The translations under genes and the position numbers were made by a program. The notes under the pieces are model-generated. The model was not told the origin of the DNA and did not search any database. It was given only the letters and a program-made list of their open reading frames with translations. From Puniceicoccaceae bacterium (GTDB lineage: Bacteria; Verrucomicrobiota; Verrucomicrobiia; Opitutales; Oceanipulchritudinaceae), in contig JBFOMH010000012.1 of assembly GCA_040830765.1 (NCBI GenBank), forward strand, positions 1 through 64,000: a stretch of DNA of 64,000 nucleotides. Direction: 5' to 3'. This document shows positions 28,961-38,680 of the stretch, one piece after another; the stretch's first letter is position 1, and every line of letters begins with the position of its first letter.

Positions 28961-29029
28961 GGGGGTGGGATTCAGATTGAGGTTTTTGGGGCAATCTGCT
29001 ATGACAATCCTGATTGGAGGACTACATAA

Positions 29030-30493
29030 ATGAGGGGATTACGAATTGTGTTTGGGATGCTCGGGGCATCGCTATTTTGTGGGCAAATAATGGGACAGGT
29101 CGCCATCCACGATATTGGCAATCTTGGGGGCTCACCAACAACCGCCATTCCAGGTGGCATGTCATCGAATGGTGACTATGTTGTCGGACAAAGCATGGGC
29201 AAATCGGGGCTTTCGGCCTTTATCTGGAGCAAGAAGACCGGCGAAATGACGGTCCTTGACCATGGAAAGGGAGCGGGAGCCACCCAGGCCAAAGCCTATG
29301 ATGTCAGCAGCGATGGACGTGTTGTTGTCGGCGACTGCAAATTGACGGGCGGAGGCTACGATGGCATGATCTGGAAGGATGGTGTCGCCCAGTCGGTCGT
29401 CTCGGAATATCCATGCGCCGTCTATGCGGTCTCCAACGATGGGACGACCCTCGCCTTGACCTCGACCTTCACGGATGGGCCCTACAAGAAATCGGGTGCC
29501 CACATCTGGGAGGATTTTGAATCGCTAACCAGCAAGCGGCTCGCCCTGCCCCTCTTTGTTCCACCGGGAGGATTTCCCATCGGTTCCCTGACAGGCAGTC
29601 TGCCCTATGACATCTCCGGCGACGGAACCACCCTTGTCGGCATCTCCATGACGTCGATGGCCCGCAATGCGGTCAGGTGGACCTATCATTCACCCCAACC
29701 CGGGTTGGCTCCGGAGTGGGATGTCCATACCTTCGAGGAATACCCGGATAGCGAAAGCTCCTATGCCTACGGTGTCTCCTTCGACGGGTCGGTGGTGGCA
29801 GGCTTGAGCCGGGAAGAGGTCGACCTTGGAGGAGGGGAATTTGAATGGCGGTGGCACGCCTTCAAATGGACCGAACCGGACACTTTCGTATTCCTGCGAC
29901 CCCTTCCGGGGCACAATTATTCGGAGGCAACCGCCATTTCCGATGACGGCGAGGTCGTTGTCGGAGCCAGCGGCCAGGGCGGACCCGACGAGGCGGTCTA
30001 TTGGGATCAGGATGGCATTCATAAACTGGCTGATGAAGTAACGGTTCCGGAAGGCTGGCAGCTTCGCGGAGTCAAGGGGGTGAACAGAATTGGCACCTGC
30101 ATGACCGGATGGGGGACCAATGCCAACGGCAACTTTGCCTGGGTCATCACCGGCCTCTTCCGCGACTGCCTGCAGGGTGCGGAAGACCGTGGTGACGGAT
30201 GGGCCGAGTCCGACTGGTACGGTTTCTTCTGGCGTGCCGGCAAGTCCCACGTCTGGCACTTTGCCCACGGCTGGGAATATGTCCCCAAGGGCAACCGCGA
30301 CTCAGTCATGGTTTATGACTACGGCCTCGGGCAGTGGGTCTGGAATCACCAACAGGTCTACCCTTTCCTTTACATGTATGGGGATGAGGCCAGCTGGATG
30401 TGGTTCCACGAAGGAACCCAGCCCGGTGACCGCTGGTTCTTCCACTACGGGAAAAACAAGTGGATTGCCGAGGCAAACCTCCACGGCGGATAA
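29030..30493 (+). CDS. Secreted HAF-repeat beta-propeller protein with Trp-rich C-terminal domain
   Basis: Signal peptide, repeated A..VS.DG.VVVG...AF.W units and an aromatic-rich last ~100 aa. Confidence 0.8.
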   Translation: MRGLRIVFGMLGASLFCGQIMGQVAIHDIGNLGGSPTTAIPGGMSSNGDYVVGQSMGKSGLSAFIWSKKTGEMTVLDHGKGAGATQAKAYDVSSDGRVVVGDCKLTGGGYDGMIWKDGVAQSVVSEYPCAVYAVSNDGTTLALTSTFTDGPYKKSGAHIWEDFESLTSKRLALPLFVPPGGFPIGSLTGSLPYDISGDGTTLVGISMTSMARNAVRWTYHSPQPGLAPEWDVHTFEEYPDSESSYAYGVSFDGSVVAGLSREEVDLGGGEFEWRWHAFKWTEPDTFVFLRPLPGHNYSEATAISDDGEVVVGASGQGGPDEAVYWDQDGIHKLADEVTVPEGWQLRGVKGVNRIGTCMTGWGTNANGNFAWVITGLFRDCLQGAEDRGDGWAESDWYGFFWRAGKSHVWHFAHGWEYVPKGNRDSVMVYDYGLGQWVWNHQQVYPFLYMYGDEASWMWFHEGTQPGDRWFFHYGKNKWIAEANLHGG

Positions 30494-30574
30494 CGCTCCA
30501 TTCGTTAACTGTCTTTCACTATTGCGGCAGGATTTTCTTCCAGTTTTGCCGGGAAATGTTTTGATGCCCTCAAT

Positions 30575-31282
30575 ATGGTGCAGAGCGGAGATAACCAGGG
30601 TATCGGCCAACTGGAAGTAAGCCATTCTGGCGGCGATCCGGTTTGTCTCCACTATGCCGACCTGGAAGCACTCCGGCAGCAACAGGGTGACTGGTTCCGT
30701 ACCGGGACCATTCCAGAGGAACATGCCCGGGCGGATCGCTTCATCAAGCCGGAGCACCAACAGCGGTTCCTTGCCGCCCGTTATTTCCTGAGACAGGTCC
30801 TCGCCGGTTACACCGGGGAAAAGGCCCCGGATATTAAGATTGCCTTCACGGAACAGGAGAAGCCCTACCTCGCCGATCACGCCCTCTCCTTCAATTTGTC
30901 CCATTCCGGCCAGTATGCGGTGGTCGGGGTATGCCGGGAGGGTGAGCTTGGCGTCGATATCGAGACCCGCAGCAGCCTCAAGACCGCCATTCAGGTCGCC
31001 CCAAGAATCATGACCGAAACCGAGCACGTTGCCTGGGAGGCCGTGCCGGAGTCAGAGAAAATGGCCACCTTCATCCAGTACTGGACCCTCAAGGAGGCCA
31101 TCCTCAAGGCCCACGGGGACGGGTTGCTCCAGGATCCCCGCGGAATCGGGATTGAAGTAGATGGCAGTGAACCGCGAATATCCTTCCTCAAGGAAGTCTT
31201 CGGCAAACGGGCCTGGTGGCGGGTCGGTTTCGCCGCTCCGCCCGCCCCCTTTCCACGCATTGCCTGGGCCTTAAGAATTTGA
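30575..31282 (+). CDS. 4'-phosphopantetheinyl transferase (Sfp type)
   Basis: FNLSHSG, GVDIE and WTLKEAILKA.G.GL. Confidence 0.9.
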   Translation: MVQSGDNQGIGQLEVSHSGGDPVCLHYADLEALRQQQGDWFRTGTIPEEHARADRFIKPEHQQRFLAARYFLRQVLAGYTGEKAPDIKIAFTEQEKPYLADHALSFNLSHSGQYAVVGVCREGELGVDIETRSSLKTAIQVAPRIMTETEHVAWEAVPESEKMATFIQYWTLKEAILKAHGDGLLQDPRGIGIEVDGSEPRISFLKEVFGKRAWWRVGFAAPPAPFPRIAWALRI

Positions 31283-31335
31283 GACAAGTTGCGGTTTTGG
31301 TGGATTTTTCGACCGAAGGCCGTTTTATTGTCGTT

Positions 31336-32433
31336 ATGAGTGATACCCTGAAACGTACAGCCCTGCACGCTTTCCATGTCGAACATGGTGCCCGGATGGT
31401 GCCATTCGCTGGTTGGGAAATGCCGGTCCAGTACACCTCAATTCTTGAAGAACACCGGGCCGTCCGCGAACAGGCGGGGCTGTTTGATGTCAGCCACATG
31501 GGGGAAGTGCGCGTCCATGGCGCAGATGCCCAGGCCTACCTGAACCACCTCGTGACCAATGATGTCACCCGGCTCGAAACCGGAAAGGCCCTCTACACTG
31601 TCATGTGCTACCCGGACGGGGGCGTGGTCGATGACCTCATTATCTACCAGGTCGGGGATGAGGAATACCTCCTCTGCATCAATGCCGCAAATGTGGAAAA
31701 GGATGTCGAGTGGATGGCCGGTGGTGTCCAGGGCTATGACTGCCTCGTCGATGATGTCTCCGGGACCTTTGGCCAACTGGCCGTGCAGGGACCCAAGGCC
31801 ATGGCCATTGTCAATGAGGTGACCGGACAGGACCTGTCCGGCCTCGGACGCTTCCATTTCATCCAAGGGGACTTTTTCGAAACCCGCGCCCTCATCAGCC
31901 GGACCGGCTACACTGGCGAGGACGGCGTGGAGATCTACCTTCCGGAAGGCGAAACTTCGCGCGTCGCCAATCTCATCTACGAATCCGGCAAGGAACACGG
32001 CCTCAGCCTGACCGGACTAGGTGCCCGCGACAGCCTGCGGCTGGAGGCCGGTTATCCCCTCTACGGTCACGAAATCAGCAATACCATCGATCCCATCTCA
32101 GCCGGGCTCGGCTGGGTGGTCAAACTGGCCAAGACGACCGACTTCACCGGCCAGGAGGCTCTCCGCGAAATCAAGGAAACGGGCCCCGAAAAGAAGGTCG
32201 CCTTTTTCCGCATGGATGACCGGCGCATCGCCCGCCAGGGCACGCCTGTCCTCGACAAAACCGGTTATGCGGTTGGGAAGGTCCTTTCCGGGACCCAGTC
32301 CCCAATGCTCAACAAGCCCATTGGTTCCGCCCGCGTCCCTGCCGAAATGGCCGTCCCGGGCGCCGAGCTCTTTGTCGATATCCGGGGCAACCACCTCCCC
32401 ATCGAAATCGCCAAGCCGCCGCTGCATAAATGA
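31336..32433 (+). CDS. gcvT: Glycine cleavage system T protein
   Basis: FAGWEMPVQY, FDVSHMG, SRTGYTGEDG and GLGARDSLRLEAG. Start placed at ATG 31336. Confidence 0.97.
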   Translation: MSDTLKRTALHAFHVEHGARMVPFAGWEMPVQYTSILEEHRAVREQAGLFDVSHMGEVRVHGADAQAYLNHLVTNDVTRLETGKALYTVMCYPDGGVVDDLIIYQVGDEEYLLCINAANVEKDVEWMAGGVQGYDCLVDDVSGTFGQLAVQGPKAMAIVNEVTGQDLSGLGRFHFIQGDFFETRALISRTGYTGEDGVEIYLPEGETSRVANLIYESGKEHGLSLTGLGARDSLRLEAGYPLYGHEISNTIDPISAGLGWVVKLAKTTDFTGQEALREIKETGPEKKVAFFRMDDRRIARQGTPVLDKTGYAVGKVLSGTQSPMLNKPIGSARVPAEMAVPGAELFVDIRGNHLPIEIAKPPLHK

Positions 32434-32437
32434 TCAG

Positions 32438-32599
32438 CTACAGGCGAGACGCCTGTAGTCCTTTCATGGTTCCAATGGAGTACAGGCGTCCCGCCTGTAC
32501 ACGCCACCAGCCATCAGCCTCCAATGGAGTACAGGCGTCCCGCCTGTACGCGCCACTAGCCATCAGTTTCCCAACGGAGTACAGGCGTCTCGCCTGTAC
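32438..32599. repeat. Cluster of four TACAGGCG-NNN-CGCCTGTA palindromes
   Basis: Copies at 32438, 32480, 32529 and 32579; the last three are tandem 49-50 nt units with conserved linkers. Confidence 0.9.
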
Positions 32600-32668
32600 G
32601 CGCCGCATATGCGCCTTTTCCCGCATTTTGCTGTTGTCAGGAGGCACGGGGCTGCATTGAACATCCCC

Positions 32669-33049
32669 ATGAGCGACATTCCGGAAACCCTCAAGTACAC
32701 CGCCGAGCATGAATGGGTCCGTCTCGAAGAGGATGGGACCGCCACAATCGGCATCACCGATTACGCCCAGTCCAGCCTTGGCGACATCACTTTCGTCGAG
32801 CTGCCTGAGGTCGATGAGTCCTTCTCCGCCGGGGAATCCTTCGGCGTTGTCGAATCGGTGAAAGCGGCCAGCGACCTTTACATGCCGGTCGCAGGCAAGG
32901 TCATCGCTGTCAATGACGCCCTCAGCAACGCGCCCGAGGCTGTCAATGGCGACCCCTATGGCGAGGCATGGATGGTCCGCATCCAACTGGAGGACGCCGC
33001 CGACCTCGAGGGCCTGATGGACGCCGCGGCCTACGGGGAGATTATTTAG
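32669..33049 (+). CDS. gcvH: Glycine cleavage system H protein
   Basis: HEWV, GITDYAQ..LGD and the lipoyl site VESVKAAS. Confidence 0.97.
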   Translation: MSDIPETLKYTAEHEWVRLEEDGTATIGITDYAQSSLGDITFVELPEVDESFSAGESFGVVESVKAASDLYMPVAGKVIAVNDALSNAPEAVNGDPYGEAWMVRIQLEDAADLEGLMDAAAYGEII

Positions 33050-33114
33050 GTTGATTCTTGGGCCAAGAGGCCCACAGTTGGCTGTTTTTTACCATCGTTC
33101 AATCCAAGCTATAT

Positions 33115-33426
33115 ATGGAAAACAACCTTATCTTCTTCGCCCAGTCCGGGGCACAGCAGGGCAGCCCCCTGATGCAGTTCCTGCCCTTTATCCTCCTGAT
33201 GGTCGGTTTCTGGTTTCTCCTCATCCAGCCGCAGCGCAAAAAGCAGAAGGAACATGCCAATATGCTGACCCAGCTCAAGCCGGGTGACAAGGTCATCACC
33301 GCAGGTGGAATCGCGGGCACGATCACGCACGTCAAGAAGGACCGCTTCCAGGTCAAAATCGACGACAATACCCGGATCGATGTCCTCAAGGGCTCCATCC
33401 AGGCGCTCGATACCACGGAAAGCTGA
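33115..33426 (+). CDS. yajC: Preprotein translocase subunit YajC
   Basis: TM segment then PQRKKQKEH...LKPGDKVITAGGI; lies upstream of secDF. Confidence 0.93.
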   Translation: MENNLIFFAQSGAQQGSPLMQFLPFILLMVGFWFLLIQPQRKKQKEHANMLTQLKPGDKVITAGGIAGTITHVKKDRFQVKIDDNTRIDVLKGSIQALDTTES

Positions 33427-33507
33427 GCATTTCCCCAACCAGCTGCTGTGCAGCAGGCTGCCCGGAGCTACCCCCGCAAAACTCTCATTTAGATCTAAGC
33501 ATTACAC

Positions 33508-36156
33508 ATGAACGGAACGAATCTTTTCAGGCTAGTCATCACCGTATTGCTCACCCTGTGGGCAGTCACCGAGCTCATGCCACCGACCAGCACGCCCTTC
33601 GAGGAATACCTCATGGGCCAGGTTGTTGAAAACGTCAATGACGCTGGCGAGGTCGATAAGACCAAGGAAGAGAACCTGGCTGAATTCCAGGCTTTGGTTG
33701 AGCGCGCCAATGTCCTTGTGGCAGAGGCCGGCGGCGATGCCACTTCCCCGTACGCCACCCTCTACACGGCCCTGCTGCGTATGGCCAAGGATGAGCGTAT
33801 TGATATCTCCCAATACTTTTCTGACATCCGCATCCAGGATATCCGCAACCTCGACAAGAAGAACAAGATTCTCCTGACCGAGCTCCTGCGTCGCTCCAAG
33901 GGTGAAATCAGCCTCGGTCTCGACCTCAACGGCGGGGTCGCCATCACCTTTGAGGTGAATGAGGAGAGCCTCTCTGGTGACGGCCTGTTCCGTCAGCGCC
34001 AGTTGGAGGACGCCCGCGGGGTTATTCTTGATCGTGTTGACGGTCTTGGCGTGGCCGAGCCGGTTGTCCGCGTCAAGGGCTCCAACCTGATCGAAGTCCA
34101 GATGCCGGGCATCAACACCGAGGACAATCCCAACATCGCTGAAACCATTGGGGCCCCTGCCCTCCTGGAGTTCAAGTTGCTCCACCGGACAGCCCGCCCG
34201 GTCCCCGGCGCGGAACCGCCCTTGGGCTACGAGGTGAAGGTCCAGGAATTTGAAGATCCGGAAACGGGCGAAATCCGTGAAGAGGCCTTGTACCTCAAGA
34301 TTATTCCGGTCATGACCGGGGAGATTATCGACGATGCCGGCCCGCAGATTAACCAGACGGGCGGCTACGAGGTCTCCATGAATTTCACCTCCGAAGGCCG
34401 CAAGCAATTCGCCGAGGTAACCGGACAGATTGCGGCCGAAAACACGGACTTCAGCATCGGCCGCATGGGAATTGTCCTCGACGGCAAGCTCATCTCCTCA
34501 CCGACGGTCCGTGAGCGCATCAACAGTGATGCTGCCCGCATCACCGGCAGCTTCACCCAGCGGGAAGCTTTCGAACTGGCCAATGCCCTTAACAATCCGC
34601 TGGCCATTGAACTGGAAGTTGCGGAAATGTACGAAGTCGGCCCGACACTGGCCCGCGACGCCCGCGATACCAGTATCCGTGCCGGCATGTATGGCGGCCT
34701 TCTGGTTGTTGTCTTCATGATCATCTACTACGGGGTGGCCGGTATCGTCTCGATGCTGACGGTTATCCTGAACCTGCTTCTCGTCATCGGCGCCCTGGCC
34801 AGCTTCGGAGCCACCATTACCCTTCCGGGTGTGGCCGCGCTCGTCCTGACCATCGGGATGGCCGTTGACGCCAGCATCCTCATTTTCGAACGTATCCGGG
34901 AGGAAATAAACGCCGGCAAGAGCCTACACAACGCTCTCGTGGCCGGCTACGACAAGGCCTTCTCGACCATTGTCGACGCCAACGTGACGACCCTTATCAC
35001 CGCCCTCATCCTGGTCTGGCTGGGTAGCGGTCCGGTCCGTGGTTTCGGTGTCACGCTGAGTGCCGGTATCATCGCCACCGTCTTCTGCAGCCTTGTCACC
35101 AGCCGTTTCATCCTCGAGGTCCTGGTGACCACCAACATCGTCAAGAAGTTGTTCCACTGGCAACTCTTCAAGAACACCAACTTCACTTTCCTCGATTATG
35201 CCAAGAAGGCCTTCATCTTCTCCTGGATTCTGGTCACCCTCGGGGTTGTTTCCTTCTACCTCCACCGGGACCAGGCCTTCGGTATCGACTTCACCGGTGG
35301 TGACGAACTGACCATCCACTACGACCAGCAGCTGACTTCCGAACAGGTTGAGGCGGCCGCCGAGAATGCCCAGTTCATCACCGATGACGGGGACAGCATT
35401 GGCTACGGCGAAGTGAATGTCTTCTTCCAGACTCCGCTTGGCGCGGACGAGGAACTGATGATTGTGCAGACCGAAATGGGCAAGGGTGAACAGTTCTTTG
35501 CCGCCCTCGAGGAAGCCTATCCGGAAGCCGGGCTGAGTGAAATCGGCCGGACCCAGATTGGTTCCGCGGTGGGCAGCGAGGTCACCCGCAGTGCGGTCAT
35601 TTCCATCGTCGTGGCCCTGCTGGGCATCCTCACCTACATCGCCTTCCGCTTTGAGTTCGGTTATGGCCTCGGGGCGGTTGTCGCCACGGTGCACGACATG
35701 CTCATGACCATCGGTATCTTTGTCACCCTCGGGGAATTCCTCGGTATTGGCAGTGGACAATTCACCGCGCCGATGATTGCCGCCATCCTCATGACCGTTG
35801 GTTACTCCATCAATGACACCATTGTTGTCTTTGACCGCGTCCGTGAGGAACTGGAGCTGAATCCGGGCATGAACCTCCGCAAGGTGGTCCACCAGTCCAT
35901 CAACCGGGTCTTGAATCGGACAGTCCTGACCAGTTTGACCACCTTGTTCGCCTCCTTCACGTTGTTTATCTTCGGGGCCGGGGTCATCAAGGACTTTGCC
36001 CTCGTCTTCCTGCTCGGCATTCTGACCGGTACATTCTCTTCGGTCTTCATCGCCAGCCCGGTTTTCTACTGGTATCACAAGGGAGATCGGAAATCAGTCG
36101 AGAAGGGGGAAATCCTCCCCAGCTACGACTGGACAGCTGAAAAATCCAAAGGTTGA
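33508..36156 (+). CDS. secDF: Fused SecD/SecF
   Basis: LGLDLNGG, IGMAVDASILIFERIREE, GIDFTGG and GYSINDTIVVFDRVRE. Confidence 0.96.
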   Translation: MNGTNLFRLVITVLLTLWAVTELMPPTSTPFEEYLMGQVVENVNDAGEVDKTKEENLAEFQALVERANVLVAEAGGDATSPYATLYTALLRMAKDERIDISQYFSDIRIQDIRNLDKKNKILLTELLRRSKGEISLGLDLNGGVAITFEVNEESLSGDGLFRQRQLEDARGVILDRVDGLGVAEPVVRVKGSNLIEVQMPGINTEDNPNIAETIGAPALLEFKLLHRTARPVPGAEPPLGYEVKVQEFEDPETGEIREEALYLKIIPVMTGEIIDDAGPQINQTGGYEVSMNFTSEGRKQFAEVTGQIAAENTDFSIGRMGIVLDGKLISSPTVRERINSDAARITGSFTQREAFELANALNNPLAIELEVAEMYEVGPTLARDARDTSIRAGMYGGLLVVVFMIIYYGVAGIVSMLTVILNLLLVIGALASFGATITLPGVAALVLTIGMAVDASILIFERIREEINAGKSLHNALVAGYDKAFSTIVDANVTTLITALILVWLGSGPVRGFGVTLSAGIIATVFCSLVTSRFILEVLVTTNIVKKLFHWQLFKNTNFTFLDYAKKAFIFSWILVTLGVVSFYLHRDQAFGIDFTGGDELTIHYDQQLTSEQVEAAAENAQFITDDGDSIGYGEVNVFFQTPLGADEELMIVQTEMGKGEQFFAALEEAYPEAGLSEIGRTQIGSAVGSEVTRSAVISIVVALLGILTYIAFRFEFGYGLGAVVATVHDMLMTIGIFVTLGEFLGIGSGQFTAPMIAAILMTVGYSINDTIVVFDRVREELELNPGMNLRKVVHQSINRVLNRTVLTSLTTLFASFTLFIFGAGVIKDFALVFLLGILTGTFSSVFIASPVFYWYHKGDRKSVEKGEILPSYDWTAEKSKG

Positions 36157-36182
36157 ACCAACTATCGGAGGTAAGCGCTTAA

Positions 36183-37898
36183 ATGCGGTGGATCAGGCCC
36201 TCGCTCAATCACGGGCAGGCAGGCCATGTTGCTCGCCAGTTTGGCATCAGCCAGGTGGTGGCCAACCTGCTTCTTAACCGGGGCCTCGCGGAACACGAAC
36301 AGATCGAGCAATTCCTCAATCCGCGGCTGCAGTCGCTGGATGATCCCCTCAAGCTGACCAACATGCCGGAAGCGGTTGCCCGGGTCGAGCAGGCCTTGCA
36401 ACGGCAGGAGTCCGTCCTCATTTTTGGCGATTACGATGTCGATGGCGTGACTTCGACGGTTTTCCTGACCCATTTCCTGAGACAGTTCGGGCTCAATCCG
36501 TCATTTGTCGTTCCCAAGCGGCTCGAGGAAGGCTACGGGCTTTCGATGGATTCGCTGCAACGGGCCCTTTCCGATGGCAAACCGGATCTGCTCATCGCTG
36601 TCGATTGTGGGACCAGCAGCGCGGAGGAAATTGCCTGGCTGCGCCAACAGGGCATCTCCGTACTGGTACTGGACCATCACACTTCCAAGGAAGCGTTGCC
36701 GGAGGATTGCCTGCTGGTAAATCCCCACGTCCACGACGGGGATGATGTGCCCTGGAAAAATCTCTGTTCGGTCGGTCTGGTCTTCAAGTTTTGCCATGCC
36801 TTTATCAAAGTGTTGCGCGACAAGGGCGATCACCTCGCCGAACAAACCGACCTCCGCGATTACCTCGACCTTGTTGCCATGGGAACGGTGGCCGATCTCG
36901 TCCTGCTCGAGGGGGAAAACCGGATCCTTGTGAAGCACGGGCTGACCCGCCTGCGCCGCTGCCGGCGCCCGGGTGTCTGTGCCTTAATGGAAGTCGCGGG
37001 CATCCAGCTCGGCGAAGAGATTTCCCCCTTCGACATCGGATTCAAGATTGGTCCCCGTATCAATGCCAGTGGCCGACTCGACGATGCCACCATGCCCATT
37101 GACCTGCTGCTCAATGAGGATTGGACCAGCTGCAGCAAGTCCGCGCGTCTGCTCGATTCCTTTAACCGCGACCGCCAGGATATCGAGCGGGCCATTACCG
37201 AGGTCGCTGAAAGGCAGGTCACTGAGCAATTCGCCGATAACCAAGGCGTAATCCTCCATGGTGCCGACTGGCATACCGGGGTTGTCGGGATCGTGGCCAG
37301 CCGCATCGCCCGCAAGTTCAACCGCCCCGCACTCGTTCTCGGCTCCGACGGGGACGGATTGTTAAAAGGCTCCGGACGCAGTATCGAAGGCGTCGACCTG
37401 GTGGAAATCCTCAAGGGCTGCACCGAACACATTACCCAGTGGGGCGGCCATCCCATGGCCGTGGGACTGACCGCGGAAGCGGATAAGATAGATGCCCTCC
37501 GGGAGGCATTTGATACCGCCCTTCAAAAGCAGTTTCCGGAAGGACTTCCCGAGCCGGTATTGAAAATCGATGCCACAATGCAGGCCGATGAATTGACGGA
37601 ATCCCTACTCGAGGAACTGAGCGCATTGGCACCATACGGACAGGGCAATCCGGAGCCTATCCTCGCTGTCACGGGTGTCTCCATCGGGAACATTTCACCC
37701 CTTGGAACCGGGCATATCCGCTTTAACATCGAGCGTGGCTACAACATGCCGCCGGTGGATGGCGTTGCCTGGGGAATGGCTGAAAATCCACCCCCGACGG
37801 GCATGCCGGTGGACCTTGCCGTACGCTACCACTGGCATACCTGGCGCGGCCGGAAGTCCCAGCGGGTCACCCTGCTCGACTGGCGGCATTCCACCTGA
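36183..37898 (+). CDS. recJ: ssDNA exonuclease RecJ
   Basis: GDYDVDG, DHH, GTVADLV, GPRINASGRL and GGHPMA.G. Confidence 0.96.
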   Translation: MRWIRPSLNHGQAGHVARQFGISQVVANLLLNRGLAEHEQIEQFLNPRLQSLDDPLKLTNMPEAVARVEQALQRQESVLIFGDYDVDGVTSTVFLTHFLRQFGLNPSFVVPKRLEEGYGLSMDSLQRALSDGKPDLLIAVDCGTSSAEEIAWLRQQGISVLVLDHHTSKEALPEDCLLVNPHVHDGDDVPWKNLCSVGLVFKFCHAFIKVLRDKGDHLAEQTDLRDYLDLVAMGTVADLVLLEGENRILVKHGLTRLRRCRRPGVCALMEVAGIQLGEEISPFDIGFKIGPRINASGRLDDATMPIDLLLNEDWTSCSKSARLLDSFNRDRQDIERAITEVAERQVTEQFADNQGVILHGADWHTGVVGIVASRIARKFNRPALVLGSDGDGLLKGSGRSIEGVDLVEILKGCTEHITQWGGHPMAVGLTAEADKIDALREAFDTALQKQFPEGLPEPVLKIDATMQADELTESLLEELSALAPYGQGNPEPILAVTGVSIGNISPLGTGHIRFNIERGYNMPPVDGVAWGMAENPPPTGMPVDLAVRYHWHTWRGRKSQRVTLLDWRHST

Positions 37899-37911
37899 AC
37901 CAAAACCCGGA

Positions 37912-38478
37912 TCAGCCGTCAATCTCCGGCGGTGCGGCAATCATGCCCTCGCAAAGCGCCTTGAGGTTACTCAGGCCCTTTTCGTAGTTCATGCCGACAA
38001 ACTTATCCATCAGCAGGACCATCCAACGGGCAAACAGCTTGTCCCCGACGTCACCCTCAAAGGTCCAGGTAACGGTTGTCGGGCCAATGGCGTCCTCGGC
38101 CGCCAGCAGAATCCGGCTGTAGGACGGGTTCTCCTCGTAGCCCTCGAAGGTCAGCTTGTACTTGATCAGGCTGGGCGCTTCCACCTCGACGATCTCCATG
38201 GTTCCATCTCCGGAGGTCTCACTCTGCCATGAATAAGAAGCGCCCAGGCCAACCCGGTTGTCGCCATAAGTGACTGTCATGTCAGGGTCCAACTCACCCC
38301 AGGGATCCCATTTGCGCCAGGCATCCAAGTCCGATACCTGACTGTAGACCAGTACCGCCGGGGCGGAAATCTCAACCGACCGCTCCACATAATAGGCCTT
38401 GGGCAGGAAAAAGGAGACGACAATGAACAGGCCAAGCAGGCCACCAACGATGATTAAGAGCCACTTCAGGAATTTCAT
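37912..38478 (-). CDS. SRPBCC (START-like) family protein
   Basis: N-terminal TM segment, VERSVEI.AP, W.KWDPW and YEKGLSNLK. Confidence 0.8.
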   Translation of the reverse strand: MKFLKWLLIIVGGLLGLFIVVSFFLPKAYYVERSVEISAPAVLVYSQVSDLDAWRKWDPWGELDPDMTVTYGDNRVGLGASYSWQSETSGDGTMEIVEVEAPSLIKYKLTFEGYEENPSYSRILLAAEDAIGPTTVTWTFEGDVGDKLFARWMVLLMDKFVGMNYEKGLSNLKALCEGMIAAPPEIDG

Positions 38479-38549
38479 AAGGGAATTTCCTAGGTAAAAG
38501 ACCCCTCAAGGGCGAACAGAAAATATTTTACCGGAAATCCCACACAAAG

Positions 38550-38667
38550 GTAGTGAGCGCCTTTACGGCGCGACTCTCTTTCGCGGGGTAAACCCGCTCG
38601 CTACACGCACACGTAGTGAGCGCCTTTACGGCGCGACTCTCTTTCGCGGGGTAAACCCGCTCGCTAC
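38550..38667. repeat. Two tandem 55-bp GTAG REP doublets
   Basis: Identical units at 38550-38604 and 38613-38667. Confidence 0.9.
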
Positions 38668-38680
38668 AAAACCGGGGTCC

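Noticed and set aside
26670..30493. Genomic island integrated at tmRNA
   Set aside because: The accessory BspA and HAF genes lie on the 5' side of ssrA, and there is no integrase or att duplication.
31283..31335. Glycine riboswitch upstream of gcvT
   Set aside because: Only about 50 nt of intergenic space and no aptamer-like sequence.
32438..32599. Possible CRISPR array
   Set aside because: The linkers are near-identical rather than unique spacers, the unit is dispersed elsewhere as a REP, and no cas genes are present.
38550..38667. Possible mini-CRISPR or IS ends
   Set aside because: Two 55-bp REP doublets separated by only 8 nt, with no transposase or spacer.
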